Of a stretch of DNA of 64,000 bases, positions 20,643-30,193 are shown piece by piece (position 1 is the first letter of the stretch; the number at the start of each line of letters is the position of its first letter). This stretch comes from Verrucomicrobiota bacterium (GTDB taxonomy: Bacteria; Verrucomicrobiota; Verrucomicrobiia; Limisphaerales; UBA9464): contig CANIZL010000003.1 of NCBI GenBank assembly GCA_947471985.1, forward strand, positions 747 through 64,746. The letters are read 5' to 3'. The notes under the pieces are model-generated. The model was not told the origin of the DNA, did not search any database, and was given only the letters and a program-made list of their open reading frames with translations. Position numbers and translations under genes: made by a program.

Positions 20643-21222
20643 ACCTGATCGCGATCCGCTGCTGCTGGACCATGAGGCCGACGGCATCCAGGAGCTGGAC
20701 AACAATCTGCCCCGCTGGTGGGTCTGGTTGTTCTACATAACCATCGCCTTTGGTTCGAGCTATATGGGGTATTACCACGTGCTCGGCATGGGAACCCTGC
20801 AGATCTCCGCTTACGAACAGGAAATGGCGGCCGGCAACTTGATCAAACAGGCGGCGCAGTCCCAGTTCGAGGCCGCCTTGGAGACCCTGCAACCGTCCAA
20901 GGACCCCGGCGTCATTGCCAAGGGTGCCCAGTTGTACGGAAATTATTGCTCGCCCTGCCATCGCCCGGACGGCGGCGGATTGGTCGGTCCGAATCTGTGT
21001 GACGATTACTGGATTCACGGGGACAAATATTCGGATAACCTGAAGACCATCGTGAATGGTATTCCGGAGAAGGGCATGCTCACCTGGAAGGGGATTCTGA
21101 ATCCCTCCGACATCCAGGCGGTGGCGAGTTTTGTCTATACGCTGCGGGGCACCAAGCCGCCGAATCCGAAGATCCGCGAGGATCAAGCTCCGGTGAATAC
21201 CGGACCTAATGAGTTCGAATAA
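20626..21222 (+). CDS. ccoP: cbb3 oxidase subunit III (CcoP), only one heme-c motif visible
   Basis: ATG at 20626 ([40 protein letters not shown]), which is the typical CcoP N-terminus. Single CSPCH motif. Confidence 0.85.
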   Translation: [198 protein letters not shown]

Positions 21223-22720
21223 TCCCATTCCTCCTGACGCGGAGCGGGCGGCAGCGCCCGCTCCGGGGGCGGAGCCGCCGCCCGGGGCCACGGACACCTA
21301 TCGGGCCACCCGGGCGGTGAAGTGGGCGGATTTCCGCGAGCATCTGGCGACAGCCGAGCGCGATGGAGCCCGGAAATGGATTTACGCCAAGAAGCCGTCC
21401 GGCCGCTGGTATGATCGGCGCACCTGGTTGGGTTGGGTGCTCCTGGTGGTGATGTTCTCCGGGCCGCTGATCAAGATCCACGGCAATCCGCTGCTGATGA
21501 TGAATGTCGTGGAGCGGCGTTTCTCCATTCTGGGACACATCTTTTGGCCGGAGGACGGAATCATCTTTGCGGTGGCGATGCTGACGTTCTTCGTGGGCAT
21601 CATGATCTTCACCGCGGCCTTCGGGCGCCTGTGGTGTGGTTGGACCTGCCCGCAGACGGTTTTGATGGAATTGGTATTCCGCAAACTGGAGTACTGGATT
21701 GAGGGTGATGCCCACCAACAAAAGGCGCTGGATGCCGCTCCGTGGAGCGTGCACAAATTCGGGGTCAAGCTGGTGAAACATGTCCTGTTTTTCGCCATCT
21801 CGTTCCTGATTGGGAACACGCTGCTTTCCTACCTCATCGGTAGCGATCAACTGTTCCACATCATCGTCGACAACCCGCTGCGGCACCTGGGTGGATTGAC
21901 CTTCATGGTGCTGTTTTCGGTGGTGTTTTATCTGATCTTCGCCCGTTTCCGGGAGCAGGCTTGCACGTTCATTTGTCCGTACGGACGATTCCAATCCGCC
22001 TTGCTGGATGAGAACACCATGGTGGTGGCTTACGATCCCCGCCGGGGCGAGAAGCGGGCGCCGTGGAAGCGCGATCAACGTCTTGAATTGCGCCGCGAAG
22101 AAGGCAACGGGGATTGCGTCAACTGCCACCAATGCGTCTCCGTCTGCCCGACGGGCATTGATATTCGCAACGGTCTGCAGATGGAATGCGTCAACTGCAC
22201 GGCGTGCATTGATGCCTGCGACAGCGTGATGGATCGCCTGAAGCAGCCGCGGGGTTTGATTCGTTTTGCGTCCCTGAGCGGACTGCAGACGGGCCAGCCG
22301 ATGCGGTTTACGGCCCGGATGAAGCTCTACGCCGGCGTGCTCGTGGCCCTGATCTCGCTGTTTCTCTATCTGGTGGGAACGCAGGCCGAGGTGGAAGCCA
22401 TTTTCCTGCGGGCGCCGGGCGCAATGTTCCAGAGCGCTGGCGAAGGGCGACTGAGCAATCTCTACACGGTCAAGGTGGTCAATAAATCGCACCACGATCT
22501 GCCCATTGAATTCCGCCTGCTGAACCACGAAGGCAATGTCCGCGTCCTCGGCGCCGCCCGGTTCGTCGCTCTGCAGGAACGCATTGCTGAGACCTCGGTG
22601 CTGGTCGATATTGCGGCCAATACCCTGACTAATTCGAGCACACGTTTGGAAATCGGGGTGCTGGCAGATGGCAAACAAGTGAGCATCGTCAAAACTGGTT
22701 TTATCGGTCCCCGTCATTGA
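21209..22720 (+). CDS. ccoG: Cytochrome c oxidase accessory protein CcoG/FixG (polyferredoxin)
   Basis: 503 aa. Contains WCGWTCPQT, CTFICPYGR, CVNCHQCVSVCP and CVNCTACIDAC. Overlaps the ccoP 3' end by 14 nt. Confidence 0.9.
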   Translation: MSSNNPIPPDAERAAAPAPGAEPPPGATDTYRATRAVKWADFREHLATAERDGARKWIYAKKPSGRWYDRRTWLGWVLLVVMFSGPLIKIHGNPLLMMNVVERRFSILGHIFWPEDGIIFAVAMLTFFVGIMIFTAAFGRLWCGWTCPQTVLMELVFRKLEYWIEGDAHQQKALDAAPWSVHKFGVKLVKHVLFFAISFLIGNTLLSYLIGSDQLFHIIVDNPLRHLGGLTFMVLFSVVFYLIFARFREQACTFICPYGRFQSALLDENTMVVAYDPRRGEKRAPWKRDQRLELRREEGNGDCVNCHQCVSVCPTGIDIRNGLQMECVNCTACIDACDSVMDRLKQPRGLIRFASLSGLQTGQPMRFTARMKLYAGVLVALISLFLYLVGTQAEVEAIFLRAPGAMFQSAGEGRLSNLYTVKVVNKSHHDLPIEFRLLNHEGNVRVLGAARFVALQERIAETSVLVDIAANTLTNSSTRLEIGVLADGKQVSIVKTGFIGPRH

Positions 22721-22724
22721 ACTT

Positions 22725-23195
22725 ATGAACGCCGCCACTCCTGCGCTCCCCGCTTCCTACAACCCCTGGCCCCACGCGATCATGGCGTTCTTCGCCGTGC
22801 TCCTCCTCGCTCTTGTGGGGGTGGTTTGGATGGCTGTGCATCAGCCCAGCGAATTGGTGAGCACCAACTATTACGATCAAGAGATCCTGTATCAGGGCCG
22901 GATGGACGCCGTGCGGCGGACGCAGGCCTTGGGCTCGCAGGTTTCGGTGGTCTACGCCGGGTCGCAGGTGGTGGTGTCGCTGCCGCGCGAGCATGCCGCG
23001 GCGGTTGGCAAGGTGCACTTTTTCCGGCCGTCCGATTCGCACATGGATCGCGAGTTTGCGCTGAAACTGGATGCCGCCGGTCGCCAGACGATCGATGTGC
23101 AGGGCTTGGGCAGCGGTCGCTGGCGGATTCGGGTGGAATGGGCCGCCGGGGGCGAGACGTATTTCCGCGAGGAAAATGTGGTTCTCGGTCGGTGA
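22725..23195 (+). CDS. FixH family protein
   Basis: 156 aa. The N-terminal NPWPHAIMAFFAVLLLALVGVVWMAV followed by NYYDQEILYQ matches the FixH/CcoH-type pattern. Its position after ccoG supports the call. Confidence 0.8.
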   Translation: MNAATPALPASYNPWPHAIMAFFAVLLLALVGVVWMAVHQPSELVSTNYYDQEILYQGRMDAVRRTQALGSQVSVVYAGSQVVVSLPREHAAAVGKVHFFRPSDSHMDREFALKLDAAGRQTIDVQGLGSGRWRIRVEWAAGGETYFREENVVLGR

Positions 23196-23204
23196 CGGCC
23201 GGAG

Positions 23205-23915
23205 TTGAGTATGCTTTGGACCGCGTTTTTACTGGGATTGGCGGGCAGTCTGCACTGCGCGGGTATGTGTGGCCCGTTGGTGTTGGCGGCCTGTGGTCCG
23301 GCGAACGGCGGCGGTTCCTGCGGCTCGAGCGTTTTGCGGGCGGCGCAGGTTTGGGGGTGTCTGGCGTATAACTTTGGACGGATCGCCACGTATGCGGTCT
23401 GGGGTTTATTGTTTGGCCTCGTGGGGCAATCTTTGGCGCTCTTCGGCGTGCAACGTTGGGTTTCCATCACCATCGGGGTGGTGATCCTGGTGGCCCTCTT
23501 TGCGCCGGCGGGGCGGTTTCGGGCGGGATTCCTGACGCCGCTGGTGGCGGCGTTGAAACGCACGTGGAGCCGAGGATTGAAACGTTCGACCCTCCCCTCC
23601 ATGGCGCTGCTGGGGCTCTTAAACGGGTTATTGCCGTGCGGCCTGGTTTACGCGGCGGGTGGCGCGGCGGTGGCGGCCGGTGGTTGGTTGGCGGGCATGG
23701 AGTACATGATCGTTTTTGGTCTGGGCACGCTGCCCATGATGCTGGGCCTGGCCGTGTTCGGTAAGGCGATGCCGTTCCGGTGGCGGTTGCGCCTGCAAAG
23801 CCTGACGCCCGTCGCGCTGGGGTTGGTGGCCGTCTTGTTGATCGTGCGCGGTCTGGGCCTGGGCATTCCCTACCTCAGCCCCAGTTACGCCGCCGGTTCA
23901 GTGCTCTGCCATTGA
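23205..23915 (+). CDS. TauE/SafE- or DsbD_2-like membrane protein of the cco cluster
   Basis: 236-aa polytopic membrane protein with the N-terminal motif GSLHCAGMCGPL. This type commonly closes ccoNO-type clusters. Confidence 0.7.
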   Translation: MSMLWTAFLLGLAGSLHCAGMCGPLVLAACGPANGGGSCGSSVLRAAQVWGCLAYNFGRIATYAVWGLLFGLVGQSLALFGVQRWVSITIGVVILVALFAPAGRFRAGFLTPLVAALKRTWSRGLKRSTLPSMALLGLLNGLLPCGLVYAAGGAAVAAGGWLAGMEYMIVFGLGTLPMMLGLAVFGKAMPFRWRLRLQSLTPVALGLVAVLLIVRGLGLGIPYLSPSYAAGSVLCH

Positions 23916-23975
23916 CTCGCGGACGGGCGTCCCGCGACGGCAATGCCATTTTGTTGCGGGTTTTCCGGACCGGGT

Positions 23976-25907
23976 TCAAGCCGCCAAGCGGAATCGCTCC
24001 TGCAACACGCACGCGCTGAGCACGGACATCAACAGGGGATCCCACGCGACCCGATCGCCCTCGGTCATCGTCGGCAGCCGATCCAGCAGATTGATCACGC
24101 TCCGGGAATCAAAGAAGGGCAGGGCCGTCAGGGCGGGGCCGCGCAACGTGTCCTGCAGGAGTTCGTGGAAACGCTCGCCGGGCAGCGTGGTGACGGGCGG
24201 GGACAAGAATGGATGTTTCTGACGGCGGTAAACCGTGTCGGTGAGCACGTGTCGCGTCGCCTCGCGCAATACGTATTTCTCGGTCATGCCGCGGATCTTG
24301 AGCGACACCGGCAGTTGGCGCAGGCATTCGACCACGTGGTGATCCAGGAACGGCACCCGGCCTTCAATCGAGTGGGCCATTTCCATGCGATCCCCGAGCA
24401 GGACGAGGATGTAATTGGGGAGGAAGCTCCGGCTCCAGAGATATAGTGCTTGGTTGAGCGGATCGCGACCGGTCAATTGGCCGCGGATGTCCACCTGATC
24501 GAGGAACGCCCGCGCGCTGTCGCGGCCGGCGAATTGGGCGCGATGCTCCGGCGACATGACTGTAAGCCGTTTGCTGGCCATGTTGGCGGCGATCTCGAAC
24601 CAGGTCGGCACGAATCCCAACATGCGCCGCACGCTGTCGAGGGGCAGGGCGTCGCCCGACGGCAGCAGCAGCCCGCGGGAAACAGAATTGTTCGCCTCCA
24701 GTTCCGCCAGTAACCGGGTGACCTCCTGCAGGTCCTGTCCCTGCGGATTGTGCAGCAGCAGGTCGCGTCGGAAATGGGCGTACCCGCCCAGGACTTCGTC
24801 GGAGCCTTCCCCGGTGAAGACCACCTTGTATCCCGCATCGCGCACGGCCCGACTGAGCAGATATTTGGAAATCCCGTGCCCGTTGTAACACAGGGTTTCC
24901 GCGTGCCCGATGGCTTCGGCGAAATGATCCGCCAGATCGGATTGATGAATGGCGATGGGATGAAAATCCGCGCCGGCGTGCTGCGCCATCTCCCGGGCGA
25001 TGGCGCCTTCATCATACGCCGCCTGATCAAACGTGAGCGTGAAGGCCTGAATGGGCCGGCTGGCATGGCGGGCGGCGAGCCCGAGTACGGCGCAGGAATC
25101 CAAGCCTCCACTGAGGTAACAGCCCACGGGCACATCCGCCCGCATCCGGAGCCGGACGGAATCGTCCAGCACCGCGCGAAACTCTTCGATGTAAGACGCA
25201 TCGTCCCGGCGATTCCGGGCCAGTTCCACGGCAGTGGGATAATCGAAATCCCAGTACTTGAAGAGGCGGCAGCCGTACTGCGTGGCGATCAGGTAATGGC
25301 CGGGCGGGACCTGGTGGACGCCGGCGTAAAGCGTGCGGTCGTTCAGGGAGGGGCCGGTGGCGTGCTGATGGAAATACTCGTGATCCCAACGGGCGGGGAC
25401 TCCCGCCGCGAAGAGGGCTTTGACCTCCGACGCCAGGTAGAGGGTGTCCTGGTGCCAGGCGTAATAGAGCGGCTTGATGCCAAAGCGATCGCGCGCGGCG
25501 AAAAGGGCTTGCTGCGAAGCGTCCCAGAGAGCGAAGGCGAATTCGCCGCGCAGATGGGGCAGGCACTGGGTGCCAAAGTCCTCGTACAGATGCAGCACGA
25601 TTTCACTGTCAGAGCGGGTCCGCAGTGTGTGCCCGCGCTGTTGCAAGTCCGCGCGGATACGCTCGAAGTCGTAAAACTCGCCGTTGACCACGAGGTGAAG
25701 GCTGCCGTCCTCGTTGGCCAGGGGTTGGTCCCCGCCGGTGAGGTCGATGATGCTGAGCCGGGAATGGCCCAGGCCCACCCGTTGATCCGGCGCGATCCAC
25801 TGCCGTTGGCAGTCCGGGCCGCGATGTTGCAGGGCCGCGGTGGCGGCCCGAAGGGCGTCGATGGAGACGGGGAGACGGCGGGAGAAACAGGCAACTAGGC
25901 CACACAT
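23976..25907 (-). CDS. asnB: Asparagine synthase (glutamine-hydrolysing)
   Basis: 643 aa. The N-terminal MCGLV provides the Ntn catalytic Cys2, followed by RGPD and the PP-loop YLSGGLDS. Confidence 0.9.
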   Translation of the reverse strand: MCGLVACFSRRLPVSIDALRAATAALQHRGPDCQRQWIAPDQRVGLGHSRLSIIDLTGGDQPLANEDGSLHLVVNGEFYDFERIRADLQQRGHTLRTRSDSEIVLHLYEDFGTQCLPHLRGEFAFALWDASQQALFAARDRFGIKPLYYAWHQDTLYLASEVKALFAAGVPARWDHEYFHQHATGPSLNDRTLYAGVHQVPPGHYLIATQYGCRLFKYWDFDYPTAVELARNRRDDASYIEEFRAVLDDSVRLRMRADVPVGCYLSGGLDSCAVLGLAARHASRPIQAFTLTFDQAAYDEGAIAREMAQHAGADFHPIAIHQSDLADHFAEAIGHAETLCYNGHGISKYLLSRAVRDAGYKVVFTGEGSDEVLGGYAHFRRDLLLHNPQGQDLQEVTRLLAELEANNSVSRGLLLPSGDALPLDSVRRMLGFVPTWFEIAANMASKRLTVMSPEHRAQFAGRDSARAFLDQVDIRGQLTGRDPLNQALYLWSRSFLPNYILVLLGDRMEMAHSIEGRVPFLDHHVVECLRQLPVSLKIRGMTEKYVLREATRHVLTDTVYRRQKHPFLSPPVTTLPGERFHELLQDTLRGPALTALPFFDSRSVINLLDRLPTMTEGDRVAWDPLLMSVLSACVLQERFRLAA

Positions 25908-26203
25908 GGGAAGAGCGGGTAGGGTAGGGCAGGGGACATCGGCGGGGCAGAGGCCCAGCGGGCTGCGGCGGGTGTCGAGAGGAAGAACGGTACAAAGGTG
26001 TCCGTCGCGACTTTGCAGTCGGGGGGAAGCAGTCCGCAGTACGTGTCCATTTCAGTAGCCGGGGCATTACATTCCAGCGGGTAACCGACGGGTATCCTAC
26101 TGAGCTGAGTCACGGCGATGGCGACGATGGTAGAACGCGACCTCCCCGGTGCGCCACTCGGAGAAAGCCCGGGCGCCGCCGCACCTTACCGTGCCTGACA
26201 CGA

Positions 26204-27064
26204 GTGGGGGATCCACGGAGAGTTTACGGGGCTTTCCTGGCGATCCCAACAGTCAGTCTTTCGGCGGTCGCGGTGGCCGCCAATGGCAACCTGCTGGCTA
26301 AAGGGATTGATAACGCGTCATCCTCCAACGGGATGGCGATCTGCACAATGGATACCGAAGGCGTTGTGTTGAAGACGAAGATTCCGGCGCCCACCTTCAA
26401 TGGCAGCCTGAATGGAATTGCTGTTACATCGGAGGGTGATTTCCTGATGCTGACTTACTCGACCATCTTCAGACTCAGCCCGGCATTTAATTTTCTCGAT
26501 GCCTTTCCCGTCCCGCTCGGTTCGGGAAGCTCCGTGGTGTCGACGGGCATCCGTGTGGATCAACAGGGTCAAATACTGTCCCTGCTTCTCGACCACAACA
26601 TCCGGGGAAGAACGATCAACATTCCGGACTCTCAGGGCAACCTGATGGCCACGCTGGGACCCTATTCGTTCGAAATCCAGGCCCTTGAAACGGGGGGCAA
26701 ACGACATCTTTATTACGCCAAGGCGGGTGGTGCTCAACCCTATTTTGGCCCGTCCCGAATTGTGGAGCTGGATGAAAAAGGAGTCGAGGTGGGATCTTTT
26801 CTGGCGCCCATCCGGGTTGACGGGATGACGATCCTTCCGCTGGATCAAACGCCCGTACTTCGGATGAATTGTCTGGATCACGACGTTTTCATCCAATGGC
26901 CCGCCGCATCCACGGATTACCAGCTTCAATCGGCAGCTGCGACCTTCCCTCCAACTTGGATCAAGGTAAATGTCAGGCCCACCATCGTTGAGGAGACTGC
27001 CTCGGTGAAAATGCGGGCGGAAAGTAATGGGATGCATTTTTGGCTCGTAAGGACAAGCCAATAG
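26204..27064 (+). CDS. Hypothetical secreted protein with a C-terminal W..YQLQS...F[WF]xVR domain
   Basis: 286-aa ORF with a GTG start. Signal-like RRVYGAFLAIPTVSLSAVAVAA, a beta-rich body, and a C-terminal IQWPAASTDYQLQS...MHFWLVRTSQ. Visibly lower GC than the flanking genes. Confidence 0.6.
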   Translation: MGDPRRVYGAFLAIPTVSLSAVAVAANGNLLAKGIDNASSSNGMAICTMDTEGVVLKTKIPAPTFNGSLNGIAVTSEGDFLMLTYSTIFRLSPAFNFLDAFPVPLGSGSSVVSTGIRVDQQGQILSLLLDHNIRGRTINIPDSQGNLMATLGPYSFEIQALETGGKRHLYYAKAGGAQPYFGPSRIVELDEKGVEVGSFLAPIRVDGMTILPLDQTPVLRMNCLDHDVFIQWPAASTDYQLQSAAATFPPTWIKVNVRPTIVEETASVKMRAESNGMHFWLVRTSQ

Positions 27065-27159
27065 TGAATACTTTCCCAGGCCCCACGTACGAATCACAGG
27101 GTTGCCCACGCGAAATCAGCATCGATCGCGACGAAAGGGCAGGCTTGCTACTGCAGCGG

Positions 27160-28908
27160 ATGTGGTCCTTTTTGGGAATGAATCAGCTTATGAGACTCCG
27201 ATGCTTGGTTTTGCGCTCTCCGGGGCGGTCGCAGCCGGGTGGCGCGGCCCGGGGTGGCCGGGGATTGCCGGGCGCGGGGTGGGTCGTTCTGTTGGTCATG
27301 GTGGGGGTATTTTATGCCTGTCCCGGCATCATTGCGGCGGCAACCGAGGGGCCCCCTGCGCGAATTCGGAAGGCGGTGCGCTTGCCCACCATCACCGTCT
27401 CATTCCAGTTTGGCTTCGAGAATTCGCAGGACTGGCTGAGTGAGCCCGAAGTGGCGGATCCGGCGGCCGAGATTGTCCGGCTGCGCTCCCAATTGAAGGG
27501 GGATTTGCGGGATGCGGTAATTCTGGCGGAAATTGCCCGGGCCACGGTCCAGCTGGGCGATGGGGCCGCCCGCGCGGCCGCCGGAAAGGAGTCGGTTGCG
27601 GCCTGGCGGAAGTGGGCTGCTGCGGCCCCGGAGGATCGTACCGTCGGCGTGGGATTGGCCAAGGCCTTGCGCCTGCAATTGGAGTATGAGGAGGCCGAGA
27701 CGGTTTTAAGGAAAGCGATCCAGGGCGCGGAGCCTTCCTGGGAGTTGCAATATGAATTGGCGACGACGCTCGGGGAGCTGGCCTTCCGCCAGTTCTATGG
27801 CAAGTCCTCGGGAGACGCGGATTCGCTTTCGCGGGGGGCGGCGGGGAAGGCGTCCGATCGGGAAAAAGTCGCGCGCTACCTGAAGGAGGCCCTCCAGTTG
27901 GCCGACGCTCTGGTGACCTCGGATCCGGGGAATCCCCGCGGATGGTCCCGGCGCGCACGCTTGTTATCCAATCAGGGGATGATTCGAATTGCCACCCAGG
28001 CGGAGGCGGCGTCTGCGGGTGCCGAGGGAATGCGGCGAATGTATTTGGCGATGCTGCCGGAAGTGGCGATCAAGGATCTGGAGACGGCCGTGTCCCTGCG
28101 ACCCAACGATCCGCGTCTGCTGATGGTTTTGTTGATGCATCGGCTGGCGGGCGATTTGCCGGACTTGGCGGCGGCGGCCATCGGCGGGACGAAGGGTGAG
28201 GGGGGCGGACTGGCGGAACTATCGTCCGCGAAGCAAGCCGCAGTAGGCCGCACGATTTCGGCGCTCGATCGTCTGGGCGAGAGTGCGGATCATCTACTGG
28301 CGGCGACGGCGTTGGAACATTCGGCGATGTTGAACCTGATTGTCCGGGGTGACCGGACCCGGGCGGTGGAACGCGCGCGTCGAGCGATGCGCCTGGGTTC
28401 GCCGCACCAGGAAGCATTTAGCGTGGCGATGCTGGGGACCACGCGCGGTGAAAACCATGATTGGAATCTGGCGGAGGAGATTGTCCGGGAGCGCCTGCGG
28501 GTAAAACGCGATGGCAGCACCTGGCTTTTTCTGGTGAAGATCTTGAACGAACAAGGGAAGCCGGCCCCAGCGTTGGAGGAGGCGCATGCCGCCCTGAAGG
28601 CGCTGCCGGATGATGCGGGGTTGGCCGTGGCTCACATGGCTTTGCATCTTCGCGACGGCAGTTTTCCCGGAGCCGGGAGTGAGAGTGAGATTCCGAATTT
28701 TGCCGAGATCGAGAAACAGATCAGTGCCTTGCCGGATGGTGAATTTCGGGAGGCTCTGGGGATCAATTATCTGATCACTTCAGCCGTGTTTGTCGGCCTC
28801 AGCGGCGATTCAACCACGGCCCGGAAACTTGCCGAAAGAACGGCACGACAATTTCCCCAGGACGAGTATGCGAAGCTGATGAGCGAGTTGTTGAAGTCGT
28901 TGCCCTAG
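27160..28908 (+). CDS. Membrane-anchored helical-repeat (TPR-like) protein
   Basis: ORF 27040..28908. The ATG at 27160 avoids overlap with the upstream gene, but the start is uncertain. TM segment GWVVLLVMVGVFYACPGIIAAA is followed by a long Ala/Leu/Arg-rich helical repeat region. Confidence 0.6.
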   Translation: MWSFLGMNQLMRLRCLVLRSPGRSQPGGAARGGRGLPGAGWVVLLVMVGVFYACPGIIAAATEGPPARIRKAVRLPTITVSFQFGFENSQDWLSEPEVADPAAEIVRLRSQLKGDLRDAVILAEIARATVQLGDGAARAAAGKESVAAWRKWAAAAPEDRTVGVGLAKALRLQLEYEEAETVLRKAIQGAEPSWELQYELATTLGELAFRQFYGKSSGDADSLSRGAAGKASDREKVARYLKEALQLADALVTSDPGNPRGWSRRARLLSNQGMIRIATQAEAASAGAEGMRRMYLAMLPEVAIKDLETAVSLRPNDPRLLMVLLMHRLAGDLPDLAAAAIGGTKGEGGGLAELSSAKQAAVGRTISALDRLGESADHLLAATALEHSAMLNLIVRGDRTRAVERARRAMRLGSPHQEAFSVAMLGTTRGENHDWNLAEEIVRERLRVKRDGSTWLFLVKILNEQGKPAPALEEAHAALKALPDDAGLAVAHMALHLRDGSFPGAGSESEIPNFAEIEKQISALPDGEFREALGINYLITSAVFVGLSGDSTTARKLAERTARQFPQDEYAKLMSELLKSLP

Positions 28909-28929
28909 GCCGATTTCCGCTTCCGGGGC

Positions 28930-29002
28930 GGCCAATGAACCTGGCACCGTGTTCCCGGCACGGATCGCGACGTTGTGAGTCACCCTCCGCCAGCCTGCCC
29001 GC
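28930..29002. repeat. Solitary copy of the TGAACCTGGCAC repeat family
   Basis: GGCCAATGAACCTGGCAC, with the 12-mer at 28936-28947; compare AGGCAATGAACCTGGCAC at 466-483. Also CCGGCAC at 28955-28961 and AGCCTGCCC at 28992-29000; compare GAGCCTGCCCCCCC in the 60.9-kb array. Intergenic. Confidence 0.55.
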
Positions 29003-29098
29003 CAACGATCCGGTCGGATTGCCTCCCCCCCAATCGCGCCGTCATTGTGTGAGCCGGAATTCGCTGTACGGCCCATCGCCACCAATTCCTTCGAAGCG

Positions 29099-29614
29099 AT
29101 GGGGCGTCAGTGTTGTCCCAACAACCATGGTCTTGCCGTGAAAAAATGCGTACCTGACGCGATTTCGGGAGTCTCGCTCCCGACGGAGCAGGACTTCGAC
29201 CCGTACGGTGGCGACCTCGACGCCCGGAGTGCCTGTCGTAATTTCGGCGGCCGCTCCATCGCCGACGCTCTGGAGCGGTTCCGCGGGAATCCACTGTACT
29301 CTCAAGAGGATTTTATGTTCATGGGTGCCCGCGCTTTCGCCTTCTATTTCCCGGTATTGGAAGCGTTCTTGCAGGAATTTCGGGTCAGCGATGCGGGAAA
29401 CGAGTCCATGGCCGCCCTTCTTGGTTGGAGCATTGCGAAACAGCTCCAGTCGTCCTCCGCCGCGGACCTGGCGCCGATCCACCCCGCCATTCGCGCCCTC
29501 GCGGACTACGTTTGCTCGCATACCGAGCTTCTGGGCTCGGCCCCGGCGGAGCAGCAAAGGATCGCCGAAAATTGGCAGTCCGTGTACCAGGCTCTCGACT
29601 CAGGCGCTTCATGA
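29099..29614 (+). CDS. Hypothetical protein
   Basis: ORF 29045..29614 opens at a TTG; the first ATG is at 29099. The composition is protein-like (FRGNPLYSQEDFMFMGARAFAFYFPVLEAFLQEF). No family recognised. Confidence 0.5.
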   Translation: MGRQCCPNNHGLAVKKCVPDAISGVSLPTEQDFDPYGGDLDARSACRNFGGRSIADALERFRGNPLYSQEDFMFMGARAFAFYFPVLEAFLQEFRVSDAGNESMAALLGWSIAKQLQSSSAADLAPIHPAIRALADYVCSHTELLGSAPAEQQRIAENWQSVYQALDSGAS

Positions 29615-29744
29615 AACGGCTCGGCCACAATCAGTCGTCAACGTTCACCGCTGGCATGGCCTTGGTGGCGGCGGATGCTTCATGCCATCCACTTCAACGA
29701 ACAGGTGGCCGGAGCTGCTGTGTTGAGAATGCCTTGGTGCTGGT

Positions 29745-30056
29745 ATGAAGACCCGACTGGCGATCTGGCTCGGAGCGGAGTTTTTCCTCGCCGTCATCTT
29801 CGGTACCGGCTCATGCCTGCTCCGACGCGATGAGGTTGGGGCGTTCCGCGCCTGGCGCGACCACGCCAATGCTGAAACCCGAGCCGAATTGGCTCGGCAA
29901 CGAGGTATTACCCGCCAGCACCAGCTCGCTTTTGCAGGGATTTTGTGGTTCATCATGGCCGGCATCACGGTTCCGATTGTTGTTACGGTTTCCCGACGCG
30001 GTTCACGACCAGAACGCAGTGGGACGGCAAAGGAGTGCCCCGGTATTAGACGTTGA
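29745..30056 (+). CDS. Small two-TM membrane protein (hypothetical)
   Basis: 103 aa with two hydrophobic helices (LAIWLGAEFFLAVIFGTGSCLL and LAFAGILWFIMAGITVPIVVTV). Confidence 0.45.
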   Translation: MKTRLAIWLGAEFFLAVIFGTGSCLLRRDEVGAFRAWRDHANAETRAELARQRGITRQHQLAFAGILWFIMAGITVPIVVTVSRRGSRPERSGTAKECPGIRR

Positions 30057-30193
30057 TTGCTATCCTCCGCAGAGTGGCCGGAGCCTGAAGAAGCTCCGGC
30101 GCGCCCAGGACTTCCAACATTGGGGCCGTAAGTGTTTCGGAGTCGACGGTTTTGGACACTGGGTGCGGGCTTTGGGCGGTGCTTCAGTCGTGA

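Noticed and set aside
23917-23937. Bidirectional terminator between the tauE-like gene and asnB; similar weak hairpins at 34995-35022, 55362-55389 and 62775-62794
   Set aside because: The stems are short or bulged (5-8 bp), and either no U-tract follows directly or it is displaced by more than 10 nt. Only the rpsR terminator meets the classical criteria.
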